Of a stretch of 64,000 bases of DNA, positions 30,068 to 43,334 are shown in pieces (position 1 is the stretch's first letter; each line of letters starts with the position of its first letter). This DNA is from Eledone cirrhosa (taxonomy: Eukaryota). The notes below the pieces were generated by a model. It saw only the letters and a list, made by a program, of their open reading frames with translations. It was not told the origin of the DNA and did no database searches. Location: assembly GCA_964016885.1 (NCBI GenBank), contig OZ024747.1, positions 65,162,001-65,226,000 on the forward strand, given 5' to 3'. A program made the translations under genes and the position numbers.

Positions 30068-31222
30068 TAGTATATAAAGTAGACTTTATATTTTGATAAT
30101 GTTCTTATTCGTTTTGAAAGAAACGACACAAATAAAGTATTACCTCAATAAACATCTACCACAGTAAGGATTACTTAACTAAATCTAATCCCTATTAATA
30201 CCATCTGATGACATCAGCAATTGTTTTGTGTCATGGTCTGATGATGTAAGTTAATTGGCCACAAAAATACGTATAATGGAACAATAAAGGAAAGCTATGC
30301 AGGACAGTAAGTAATCATGAATGCAAGTTCGATTACTTATAGCAACCGCTGGTCCAACTTTTCTGCCTATAGAGGTGTTTTACCCAATTTACTAATCTAT
30401 TATTTTTAGCAAACAAGTGTATGTACAATTATTTTCTGTATTTTATATGTGTGTGTGCGTAATGTGTGTATATATATATATATATATATAAATATATTAA
30501 TTCAAAATATTATTTTGAATTAATAATATTTTGAAATAATATTAATAACTACGGTAAACCATTTTTGTGGAGTGCTTCCAATCTATTGTAAAACTCATTC
30601 TTTGATTTATTCATTGAACCTTGTTTAACTTTTAAATATATATATAAGGATGCACCTGGCTTAGTGGTTAGAGCATTGGCCTTGCAATCGAAAGGTTGTG
30701 AGTTCAATTCTCAGACCGGGTGATGTGTTGTTTCCTTGAGCAAGATACTTTATTTCACATTGCTCCAGTTTACTCAGCTGTAGAATGATAGGGACTGAGG
30801 TCCATATCATTCCACTGCAAAGTGGTCGTGGAGGTGCCACGGCAAAAAAGCACCTAGCACTCACTGTAAATGAGGTTGGTGTTAGGAAGGGTATCCAGCT
30901 GTAGAAATCAAGCCAGAATCAGTTCCCGTCCCACCCTTGCAAGCAGGGAAAAGCGGACGTAAAATGAAATGAAATGAAAAATGAAATAACTATATATATA
31001 TATAAATACCTATATATATATATATATATTATATATATATATATATATTATATATATATATATATATTATATATATATATATATTATATATATATATATA
31101 TATTATATTATATATATATATTATATATATATTATATTATATATATATATTATATATATATATATATTATATTATATATATATATATATTATATTATATA
31201 TATATATTATATATATATATAT

Positions 31223-31259
<37 letters not shown>

Positions 31260-31576
31260 AAATAATATATATGTGTGTGTATATATATACATATATATAT
31301 AGCTATTTATATATATATATAGTTATTTATATATATATTTATATATATATATATATATATAACTATATATATAAATACCTATATATATATATGTATATAT
31401 ACACACACACACATATATATTATTTTATACATATAGCCAAGCATACACATGATGGTATAAATCCTCTTTATCACATGTATACTTATACACAGTAAATTAT
31501 ACACATATTTCATTCATAAACATACTCATAAATACTGCTATATACTCTGCACAGTACAGACATGCACACTCACATT

Positions 31577-31608
<32 letters not shown>

Positions 31609-32140
31609 CACACACACACACATAAACATACACACTATTCTATATATACTGACATCTGCATAAAATGTTTCACCTGCATATTTTATTTGTTTGTCTTTGC
31701 AACTTTTATCATTAATCAATCTTTATCTCCTTTCAGTTTTCCCTAACCCATTCCCTAACTCAACATCAAATTATAAATTATTCAAGTCAGTGATGCGTTA
31801 ATGCTCCACAAACATAAATGTTTGCAAAGGTTTGCTAAACATATATAAAAGAGGTTTGCTAAATGTATATAAAATATATATAATGTTGATATTCCTATTA
31901 CTTATATATATATATATGGTTTATTCCCTTTATCAGCTTTTCATTTTAATTACTTTAACTGATGTTTATTATTCAACTAACTTTATCCTTTAACTTACAC
32001 ACCAATACATTTTAATAGTAATTATTTATGTTCTATTACTCATATGATATAACTGGATTTTTATGTTAACTTATATTCCTATTAAACAAATTTTATACAT
32101 ACTACAAATAGCAACAATATATACACATACACAGACATAC

Positions 32141-32193
<53 letters not shown>

Positions 32194-32195
32194 GA

Positions 32196-32686
32196 CTTGA
32201 TAAATTCCGACCTCACACACTTACATCTCTCCAAGACAATGTCACTGGACCGAGATCTTTGGCGCTACACAGTAATACAGAAGACCCGCCATGCCTAAGT
32301 ACAAAGCTAAACCTACAGTCAGTATGCACCTCTAACAAAAATACACCCCTGTCCCACAACCCCCACCCCATCCACCCCATCCCCTTCAATGTGAAGTTAT
32401 GTTGGTACCACAACATCCAGTCCGAAACAAATGAGGTCATGTAGGTGTCACGACAAAAAAACACACAGTCCACGCTGTAATGTGGCCGTGTAGGTAACAG
32501 TAAAAACCTCTCAGTCCACATTGTAAACGTGGTTGATGTTAGGAAGGGCATCCAGCCGTAGAAAACCCGCCAGACAGTCCTATACGAGTAGGACAACCAA
32601 TCTTGCCTCAAGTGGGAAAACTCCCGTCCAAACCCATGCAAGCGTGGAAGATGGACGTTAAACGATGATGATGATGATGATGATGA
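32196..32686 (+). mobile_element. RTE 3' end fragment
   Basis: Reverse-complement match to 3816-5545, ending in (GAT)n. Confidence 0.85.
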
Positions 32687-33295
32687 TATATATATATATA
32701 TATGTGTGTAGATCCCGAGTGATATCAGAGGTAACGGCATGAAATAAGGTACTCAATACAATAATAGAGGGAAAACAACAAAATTCAATATAGAAATAGC
32801 TTCTACAGGACTAGAACTGTTTCATTTGTATAGAAACAGTTCTAGTCCTGTAGAAGCCATTTCTATATTAAATAGATATAAATATCATTGAAGTTAGTAG
32901 TTCACCATTGAATAGAACTGGTCATTCAATATAGTTAACCATGATGCACTCAATGCAAAACAACTCATTCATCTTTGGTGTAAGATTCTGTTGGTGGTGA
33001 AGGAACAGAGTTTATTTAATTATTATTAAATAAACTAACAGGAGGCCAGATTGTTTAAATTCCTTTAAAGTTTTTATTTTGGGAAACACTATATATATTT
33101 TAATGACGAGTAGAATTCCACCAAAATCATCAGATGTATTGTAAAACAGTCATAAAGGAATTATGGTAAACACAAACTGAGAGGGTACACGGAGACAAAA
33201 ACTAAAATTGGAGATATTTGACTCAGGGGTGGTCTACATGCTGTTAGTTAGACTGACTACACCTGATTATGTCGCTGAAATTCTACTGGCCATTG

Positions 33296-33338
<43 letters not shown>

Positions 33339-33388
33339 TAAACAAATAATGAACAAACAATTCCTTATATTAAACAAAAAAAGTTCAC

Positions 33389-33533
33389 TATTTAACGATC
33401 GTTTCTAGGGTATATATGTGTTATAATTGGTATGCATATTTAACAGATCTATGTACAAAATTATACAAAATTATACAAATTATCAAGATTAAATATACAT
33501 ACCTAACTCATATATACGCCGTCTTCAGAAATA
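33389..33533 (-). ncRNA. Hammerhead-like motif with ~116-nt stem II
   Basis: tattt-CTGAAGA-cggcGTATATATG...CATATATACccta-GAAAC-gatc-GTT-aaata, about 60 nt from a terminal (TA)n. Confidence 0.6.
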
Positions 33534-34719
33534 ATGAAGTATATTTATTGATAATAACAACAATTCAAAATATCAGTTCAAAATTGACCAATGAAAACAC
33601 AAAGGGTTAAAAGCAGTTTGGTGTGTGTATATACATGTAAAAACCTTACACATATTTTACAATAATGTGTGCATAATTTGTATGTGCATACTAAAAAGAT
33701 GGATGCAAACACAAAATTTCAAGGTTAATATCTCTGTAAGCTTAATGCGCTGATAAGATACGCAATGATACTTATGGAGTCAAGCATATAAATATATTTT
33801 TTTCATACTCACACATATCAGTATAATCACACATACATGTGCGTATATGCATAAATATACACATAACCACGAACATACAAACACACACACTCCCCCACTC
33901 ACATTTATATATGTGGATATAAAATCATAAGCAAATAGAAATTAAGTCACTCACATAAAACACTGGCACACACATTTCAAGATCAAGATACAGAAATTAG
34001 GTGGGAGGGGGGGGGAGGGGTCAGTATTAGATTGTCAGACCAGACTGCCTAATATAAATGTATCTATAAATTAAGAAAAATAAAAAAATAAAAACAATAA
34101 AATATAATAAATATAATATAATGTACATACACATACAGATATACATACACATACATACATGTACGCGCACATAGAGATATTTACACATACATACATACAC
34201 ACATACCTATACAGTCATACACACACATACATTTACACGAACATACACATACACATATAAAAAGATATAAATACACACACACACACGCGCAACACATACA
34301 CACATACACATATATATAAAAAATAGATAATAAAGATATATATCCATATATATATATATACACACACACACATATCATCATCATCATCATCATTTCATTT
34401 TACGTCAGCTATTCCCTGCGTGCAAGGGTGGGACGGTAACTGATTCTGGCTTGATTTCTACAGCTGGATGCCCTTCCTAACACCAACCTCATTTACAGTG
34501 AGTGCTGGGTGCTTTTTTGCCGTGGCACCTCCACGACCACTTTGCAGTGGAATGATAGAGACCCCAGTCCCTATCATCTCATTTCTACAGCTGAGTAAAC
34601 TGGAGCAATGTGAAATAAAGTCTCTTGCTCAAGGAAACAACACATCACCCGGTCTGAGAATTGAACTCACAACCTTTCGATTGCAAGGCCAATGCTCTAA
34701 CCACTAAGCCATGTGCCTC

Positions 34720-34838
34720 CATATATATATATATATATATATACATATACATACACATACATACTCATACATCTAAATATACATACACATACATACACAC
34801 ATACATGTATATACATGTACATACATATACGCACATCG

Positions 34839-34898
<60 letters not shown>

Positions 34899-35240
34899 TC
34901 ACATAGACATAAAGATACATACACACACAACTTACATACACACGCATATACATATATATATATATATATAGATGTACCTTCATACATAGAATTAGATATA
35001 TAATCATACATACATATGTACCTACTTATACTCATATAAATAAATACATACGCTTCCATATATGTGTATACACATAAAAAACAATACCACCTCACCAAAC
35101 CCAGACATACAAATGAAAATAATAATAAAAAAACGCATATGTATATACATACACACACGCATTAATAGAGATATATATATATATACACACATACATACAC
35201 ACGCATATACATACATACACACACACATACATACACATAC

Positions 35241-35291
<51 letters not shown>

Positions 35292-35768
35292 TAGACTCAT
35301 ATATATATATATACATATACATATATATATATAAACATATATATCCACACACTCATACCACCATAAATACACATACAAACACCCACATGTATATATATAT
35401 ATATATATATATCCACATACACACACATACACATATATATATATATATATATACACATACATATATATATATACACACACATAAAAAACAGACATGCACA
35501 TATATATATATATATATATATTTCATTACTCTTATATATACACATAGTATATATACATACACAACCTCACTTATACACATATACACATAAGTTATATTAC
35601 AATAATAATAAAGAATAATATATATATATATATATATATACATACATATACATATATACATATATATATATATATACATACATACATACACATACATACA
35701 TACACATAAATATATACATACATAAATACACACATACAAATAAAGACATATATTCACACATATACACC

Positions 35769-35803
<35 letters not shown>

Positions 35804-35804
35804 C

Positions 35805-35844
<40 letters not shown>

Positions 35845-36380
35845 CACATACACACACACACACACACACAGACACACATACACACTCACATATATATATA
35901 TATATATGTGTATGTGAGTGTGCGCAAATACACATATATATACACACACACATACAAACACACACAAACACATACATATGCATACGTGCACACACACACA
36001 CATATATCACATAGATACGAAGATAAACATATAAATAGAGAGACATACAAATATATACAGAACCCATATACACATACATACAAACACGCATATACATATA
36101 CATACATATATACACATATATATATTCCTATATACAAGCATACACATACATACACATATATACATATACATACACATATACATACCACACATTCACATAC
36201 ACATACATATATAATACATATATATACATATATATACATACATATGTATGTACAATCATATATACACACTCAATCTTACATTCATATTTACATGCTCATA
36301 TATGTATTTTTATATTTAGAAATAAATACCAAAACCTATATAGACACCCACCTACACATATATTCATACATATACGCTTA
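34720..36380. repeat. Compound (TA)/(CA)/(TACA) low-complexity tract
   Basis: Read directly. Confidence 0.95.
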
Positions 36381-37586
36381 CAAAAACAGATGATAATAGT
36401 ATGGGGGAAAGGGGGGGTTTGGAGAAGGGGATCAAAGTAAATATATGTTTCAAGAAACATATAATATTTTCCGTATCTTAATTCAATGTATGTTCTTACA
36501 TATTTTCAGTGCTAGGAAATACGAAATCTATGCATCTCAAAATAAAAAAGTATACCATTAATCATATGTTAACTAAACCAAAGATAGTCAACATATTGAT
36601 TTACAAGGTGTAAATTAGTTAGGTTTATAATATTTGAAGCAGAATTATGAAGTCAAACAGTAGTAGATTATTAATTACATTATAACTAAATTAAAGTTAA
36701 TAACGTTATGGTATCAATATTAGGAGATGAATTTAGTAATAGGGAAAAGAAACCCAAATAAAAATAAAATAAAGTATTACATCGGTAGTAGCATATAAAT
36801 TATATGTTAACTAAATTAAAAATTATATATTTATTTCAATAGTATACGTTAATTAGTATATGTTAATTAGGTATACAATACATAAAGCAGATATTGTATT
36901 TCATCAATAGCATAATATAATTATATGCAAATAAAAATCAAAATTAATACGCATACATATACATATACATACACATACACATATATATACATATACACAC
37001 ATATATATATATATATACACATATATACACATATATACATATATACTCACATAAACATACATACAGATACACATACACAACACACACATATACATATACA
37101 TATAGATATACATATCTTTTTCAAAAAATTGCACAGAATATATTAACTAGGTATATATCCAAAACACATCCCATTTTATGATTACATGACATTCTGCAAT
37201 TCGTCTGTACAAGGATACTAATTTTAAGCAAATTAAAATTAAAGTTTTAGGTTGATTAAAACTAAAACCAAATAATAAATATATTTCCAAAATGTATATT
37301 AATTAGGTCTATAATACTAAAAATTCTTTCTCCGTCATTGGATACATGATATTATTTTGTTATATTTTATCTGTAAAAGAATTATAATAAAAAAAATTAT
37401 AATAAAAGGTTAAAATAAATTAAAATTAATCTATAAATTAAATTACTGAGTATATATTAGTAATATTTAAAGGTTTTTCAAAATTTATGATTACATAATA
37501 TTTTCTCATCTGTAATAAAATATTAATTAAATTAAATTTATAGGTTAACTAACATTTAAATTAAATTAAATTCTAGAATAATGTTA

Positions 37587-37830
37587 TTAATTAGGTTTAT
37601 AATATTTAAATGTTTTTTTTAGTTTATGATTACACGATATAATTAATTCCTGTCTTTTATTTAATAAGATATCCCTAGACCTCATTATTTCAAATAGTTC
37701 TTGGGAACATAATCTACATTCCTTTCTATTATTTTGATAAGGGGTGGCTCTTTTGAGCACACTCCAGGTCAAATCATATTTTATATTTTTATTTTTATAA
37801 CTATTGATTTTTTCTGCTAGAGATAGTTTC
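37587..37830 (-). pseudogene. Second Naiad-type Penelope fragment, GIY-YIG C-terminus
   Basis: SLAEKI..YK..NIKYDLTWSVL...CRLC..E..I...LLNKRQE...CNH...YYKP parallels the restored C-terminus of copy 1. Confidence 0.8.
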
Positions 37831-37887
37831 TGCAAAAATACAAACTTTAAAGGAATTTCAACAATCCAGTCTCCTATCGCTTTATTT

Positions 37888-37965
<78 letters not shown>

Positions 37966-38000
37966 ATAAAACAAAGAAGCCTTCAATACATGAAAAGTTT

Positions 38001-38050
38001 TTATTAGCCAACAATGTTTCGTCCTATTAAGGACTCATCAGGGCAATCAA
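38001..38050 (-). ncRNA. Minimal type I hammerhead ribozyme, intact core
   Basis: gcc-CTGATGA-GTCC ttaata GGAC-GAAAC-att-GTT-ggc. Confidence 0.8.
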
Positions 38051-38545
38051 AACCACAAGAAGTACTATCGGCCAATACAAGCCGAAAACTCCGAAGAATA
38101 TGGAGTGTACATACACTAAAGTATTGAAAGATTATGGGTAAAAATATATAATAAAAATCACTAAGGAGGTGGATAACATTTTGAACCATATTACAAATAT
38201 AGTCCAAAGCAAAAAAAACCTAGAGCTAAACAAAGGTGGTTATAAAGAGCGGGAATTATATATAATACAATATAATATAATATAATATACTTGTAACAAT
38301 ATTAAAATTAAAATTAAAAATTAAAATTAAAAGGCACAATATATATATGTATACATGTACGCACACGTACGCACATATACACATACACATACATCAATAC
38401 ACATATCCATCATTAACTGCACAAATTAAACCTTATTAAGAGTTTAAATATAAATAAGCATAATAGGAATAAAAATAATAATAATACGTATATCTAATAT
38501 ACATGAAGTAATGAAATGATTAAAAGTAACACATATAATATATAA

Positions 38546-39403
38546 TCTATATATATAAAGCTGTGGTTGTCTGTCTGTCTATCGACTTTTGGCACACATC
38601 TCCTCTTAGAATCTCTGACGGAATTGCACCGAAATTGCTATACTTGTACATTGAGCCCTAGCGAAGACATCGGAAAAAAAATATTTCAAATTGACCCACC
38701 CTATGTGACGAAATCGAATCTAATGTATCGATTTTTGAGCATAAGTGACGAGTTATTTCCCTTTGTTCTATATATATAAAGCTGTGGTTGTCTGTCTGTC
38801 TATCGATTTTTGGCACACATCTCCTCTTAGAATCTCTGACGGAATTGCACCGAAATTGCTATACTTGTACATTGAGCCCTAGCGAAGACATCGGAAAAAA
38901 AATATTTCAAATTGACCCACCCTATGTGACGAAATCGAATCTAATGTATCGATTTTTGAGCGTAAGTGACGAGTTATTTCCCTTTGTTCTGTGTTTACAT
39001 TTTCTGCGTGCAAAAATTAAAAAAATTACGTTGGCTTTCTCAGCGTTTAAAATGACATTAACACAATACACGAACAGTTGTCGAGCCAGCAAAATTTTGA
39101 CCTGCAAAATTCATCAGTTCGAACACTAAGCTTCCGTTTTGCTTCATTTCCATTTAAAAGCCTTTTAAAACAATATTTTTACTTGAAAACAAGTCTATTT
39201 AAAGACTACGTAAAACAAGCAAATATTTCGTAAAAAAAAGCAAAAATTATATAAGTTTATTTAAAATATATGTATCTGTAAATTTCGTTAGGCGTGCAGA
39301 CAGACAGTCGTGCAGACAGACTTTAAGCCAAAAAAGAAACTTAACATTGTAACTTTAACACAACTACTGAGCGACCCCGAGCAACGCCGGGCTTTACTGC
39401 TAG
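38546..39403 (+). mobile_element. Non-autonomous Helitron with duplicated 221-bp 5' end
   Basis: A|TCTATATATATAAA start, subterminal hairpin cccgagcaacgccggg, CTAG|T end, no TSD. A second TC start lies at 38767. Confidence 0.8.
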
Positions 39404-39663
39404 TAAACTATACAATTATATAATATATAATATAATGTAATAGATAATCTCCGGTTAATTTACACAAACAATATAGATGTCACAATAATACTATAATAAT
39501 ACTATAATAATATATAATATATAATGGCATGTAAGTTAACAAATCAATTCATATAGAGTTACAGAGTAGGTGAGAAAAAATATAAATTGTACAATACCCA
39601 AAATTATGATGGTACAAAAATATAAACATCTTACATGATATATAAAATTTAACATATCATAAT

Positions 39664-39847
39664 TGTTTCTACTTTAGGCACAAGGCCAGCAATCACCCAG
39701 TGCATTACTGGTACTTTATTTTATCGACCCCGTAAGGATGAAAGGCAAAGTCAACCTCGGCGGGATTTGAACTCAGATCATAAAGGGACGTAACTATGCT
39801 GGAAAGCATGGCGTCCGACCCTCTACCGATATTCCCAATCCACCGCC
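39664..39847 (-). mobile_element. tRNA-head SINE family 2 with 18-bp TSD (other copies about 10482, 11630, 20052, 48730, 49510, 51003, 57182, 57400, 58415-58725)
   Basis: TSD aatttaacatatcataat at 39646-39663 and 39848-39865. B box GAGTTCAAATCC, central gcctttcatccttacggggtcgataaaataaagtaccag (Deu/Nin-like core). Confidence 0.85.
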
Positions 39848-40768
39848 AATTTAACATATCATAATGGTACATAAAATCATCGGTAAGTAATAAGGATCAA
39901 TAGTACAATAACAACTTCAATATAAAATAATGAACATAATATAATATATAATTACTTATAAATACAAGGTTGGTAAACAGACATATATGTGGATGAGTGA
40001 ATAAGTGCCAGACAGAAAATAATATGCACAGTAGTATTAATAAATAAATAAATAAAATCAACCGGAAATTAAAAAACAAAAACAAAAGTATTTACTTAGG
40101 TCTCACATGCAGTTAAGTAAAAAACTTAGGAAACAACCCAGATAAATGACTCGAAAACCCTATTTGATAAATTAATATTGAAAATATTTAAAATACCCAA
40201 TAAGGCAATACAATATTAGCTATGGTTTAAGTCATCAAAATTCCTAAACATTAATATTTCGCTATAAATATATATATAAAGAAATGAAATATTCTACTAT
40301 CATTTACATAACGATATCTAAAAAACTGACTTAAGCAGAATTATGGTAGGCTAATAGGGACAGAAAAAAAGAAATGTATGGAGGATACAAAGGAGCATAA
40401 AATTATAATCAATATACTGTAATATATAATAGAAAGGAGCATAAAAGAGGGGGGGATTAAATATAATCATAATATATTTGAAGGGGTTGACAATAAGTTT
40501 ATGTGTGCATGGGGGGGGAGGGTTATCCAAAGAAGAATCCAAATAAAATAAAATAAAATAAAATGAAATAAAATAAAATAAATATAAAATATATAATCAG
40601 ATATATACTCATAAGGTGTTAATAGTGAAAATTTAATGTGTAAGAAGATAGATATGGTATAGTAGCCAAAAGATTATGAGAGCTAGAATAAAAACCAATG
40701 ATAATAATGATGATAATAATGGTGGTAAACAAAAAGAACCTAAAAAAATAAGTAATGGAATATATCAG

Positions 40769-43334
40769 CTAATGGATACAATTTATACTACTAGAACCTT
40801 TAGGTTTATAATAAAAGTAAGAATTAGAAATAGCGTGGGGGCAAGAAGAGAATATCTCAGACTTTCTATTAAGTAAGGATTCACTAGAGAAAATTATAGA
40901 GTGTCTCGAGGATACAGAGATTACAAAATTTAGTATGTGTAGAAAGGTTATTAGAGCGTGCTACTAAACGCCAGTTAAGGCTATATGGTATATTAACCCC
41001 CTTAAGATCCCAGATATAGTGTGCTAAAGAAGTAGAATTCTTAAACTTAACATGTTTGAAATTAGAGATATGAGAATTAAACCTAGTCTTAAAAGTGTTA
41101 GATGTAGAGCCTATATAAGTTCTATTAGAGGAATTAGTTATAACTACGCAAGCATAGACGATGTTCTTAGAGAGGCAGTTACCGTTTAAAGGGCAATTAG
41201 CACTCACTCTACAGTTACACTTCCGGGTGCTATTGATTGGCTGAAGTAGTGATGCATTACACGTAGGATTACTATTAGATAAGGTCTGCTGTGGTGGTAA
41301 GGCATTTACAGATCTGTTCAGACTTGTAGTATGTAGAGAGGAGTATCCATCCCTAATTTTCCTATTGTTAGTGCTAGCTAAATGAGAACTAATATTAGGG
41401 GTGGTAGAGAATGAAAGTTTAATAACATTTTTATTAAAAATACTATGGTATTTATGAGAAGGGGGGAAATTTTTCTCTAAGATAGAAAAGAAAGACCTAG
41501 GGATATTAGTTAATACTTCCTGATTATATGGCGGGTTAAAATAAGTATTTAGTCTCCTTCTATTTTTATCATTTCCGACTCTACCATCATCTAATATCCC
41601 ATTATTAAGACTAGGGTTATTACAAGGATTAGTTAAAACCGCATTATTAGAATCAGCCAAAATTCCATTAAGTCTATTACTATTTCTACCTCTAGTAGAT
41701 CTGCTGCCGTCTGGAATCCCATCAAAAGGATTAGGGCCAATAATAGGATCAGTAGAAACAACATTATTAGAATTAGATCTAGCAAAATCATCACCAATGA
41801 GTGAGCGCTCAGAGGGTTCGACTTGTTTCCTAGAGGTATTATATTCCCTATTATGAGTCCGGTGGGTTAACTTATGGATGGGTTCAGATACACCTATGTA
41901 ATTTCTACGATTATTATGCTTCCTACTCCCATTCATGGCCATGTTATGTGATATTATGTTATTATTATTATAAGTAAGCGGAGACTTTCTAAGGTTACTA
42001 TTATTATAATGTATTTTACTAGAGTAACCGGAATTAGCTAGGGCATTATTATAGTACTCCGCATGTTCATTAAATGTTCCTACGTCCTTAGAGAGTGTGG
42101 AAATCCTATTAGATACACCCTTAATTATAGAGCTTATCATAGATTTGGGGTGGTTAGAATTGGGACTAACGTAAGAAAGTATTTCATTAGGCTTATGGAA
42201 GGGTTTAAAACTATTAGTGACCAAGTCCAAAGTTACATCTAAGAAGTTGACCGCTCTATCGTTTCTATCTATCGTGATCGAAAGGTTATAGCTTTTAAAA
42301 AACTTATAAAGCTTCTTCTTATTATGCTCGACATTGTTGGTGCTAGAGTTAATAACAAACAATGCATCATCACGATATAGTCCGCCATTAAGGTGTGGAA
42401 AGGTAACATATAGTTCATTTAGGAAGAACAACCCAACAAGATCAGTTACCTGGGCCGAATCACTCGAACCCATTGTAACGTCGAAATTGTTGGCCGTGTT
42501 TTTACGGGTCCAAAATGTGTCCTCAAAATTAATAATAGTTCTACGGGCTGCTAGTATAATATCTACTTGTGATCGTGTAAGGCTGGACACTCTCATGGCC
42601 AACATTAAGGCTTTATTGAGGAGGATGGGTGAAATCGATGTGTAGTAGGCATCAATATCGAACTGGATAAACTTATTAGATTCAAGTTTATTAATCCCAG
42701 AGAACCAATCTATAACTTCCTTAGTGTTCCCCCATAGGTTAAAATTAACTTTATCCCTAACATCTGGTATAATAAGGTCAAGGATTTTCTTACTGATTAT
42801 GGCTATATCGGACTTAGAAGGACAGATGAGTCTAACAGAGGTGTTACTAATAAAGTCTACCTTATGATCCTTAAGAGTGAATCTCGGTTCTCTAGGGTAA
42901 TATGGCTGGGTATACTTATCAAGGCCGAGGTCCGAGACTATTTTAAGACCCTCACTATTGATATGGTTCAAATTATCTAGCGTAGTCTTTTTATAATTTC
43001 TATGCAGCTCCTTATAAATAAAGTCACGGTAAGCACTGTAATCCATAGAGTATAGATTCTTAGTCTTATCCGCCGGGACAAGAATAGACTTATTCGCACT
43101 AAAATCCGTAACAATATTTTTAAGTCTAGACTGGAACTCATCAAATTTATTATAATTTCTATGTCTATTATTTGGCCTATACTTAATATTTTTGACAAGA
43201 GAGAGTAAGTCACTTTCAAAATTATCTAATAGAACATTATGTGGTGGGCTCTTATAAGTTTTGAAGCCATAGTTATTAAAATTTGTTCTATTCCTGGGGT
43301 CCTTCCTATTCCTATTAGTATCATAGTGGAAAGC
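40769..43334 (-). pseudogene. Penelope-like element ORF (Naiad-type RT + C-terminal GIY-YIG endonuclease), 5'-truncated, frameshifted near the C-terminus
   Basis: Motifs in the translation: NYGFKT..PP, ADKT, FDIDAYYTSI, FDVTMGSSDSA, GLYRDD, FLDVTLDL, FNPPY, CNCRxxxxCPLNGNC, IVY...YIG..., RFNSH, CNLC. Homology starts at AFHY (43334) directly after (TA)n. The true tail (LLNRKSEIFSSCPH...stop at 40769) is in another frame. Confidence 0.92.

Larger units (their letters stand above)
37961..43334 (-). mobile_element. Penelope-like retroelement copy 1 (ORF, long 3' region, terminal hammerhead), bounded by (TA)n
   Basis: (TA)n on both sides and a hammerhead about 40 nt from the 3' end. The 3' region is interrupted by a Helitron and a SINE. 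Continuity of the 3' region is inferred. Confidence 0.7.

Noticed and set aside
30648-30720. SINE heads as functional tRNA genes
   Set aside because: Imperfect cloverleafs fused to SINE core and tail in many copies.
42334-43219. Overlapping or antisense ORFs within the PLE
   Set aside because: Short shadow frames with no recognisable motifs.
40769-43334. Selenoprotein-type Naiad (UGA recoding)
   Set aside because: No in-frame TGA, and the conserved Cys positions are ordinary Cys codons. The early stop is TAG and is explained by a frameshift.
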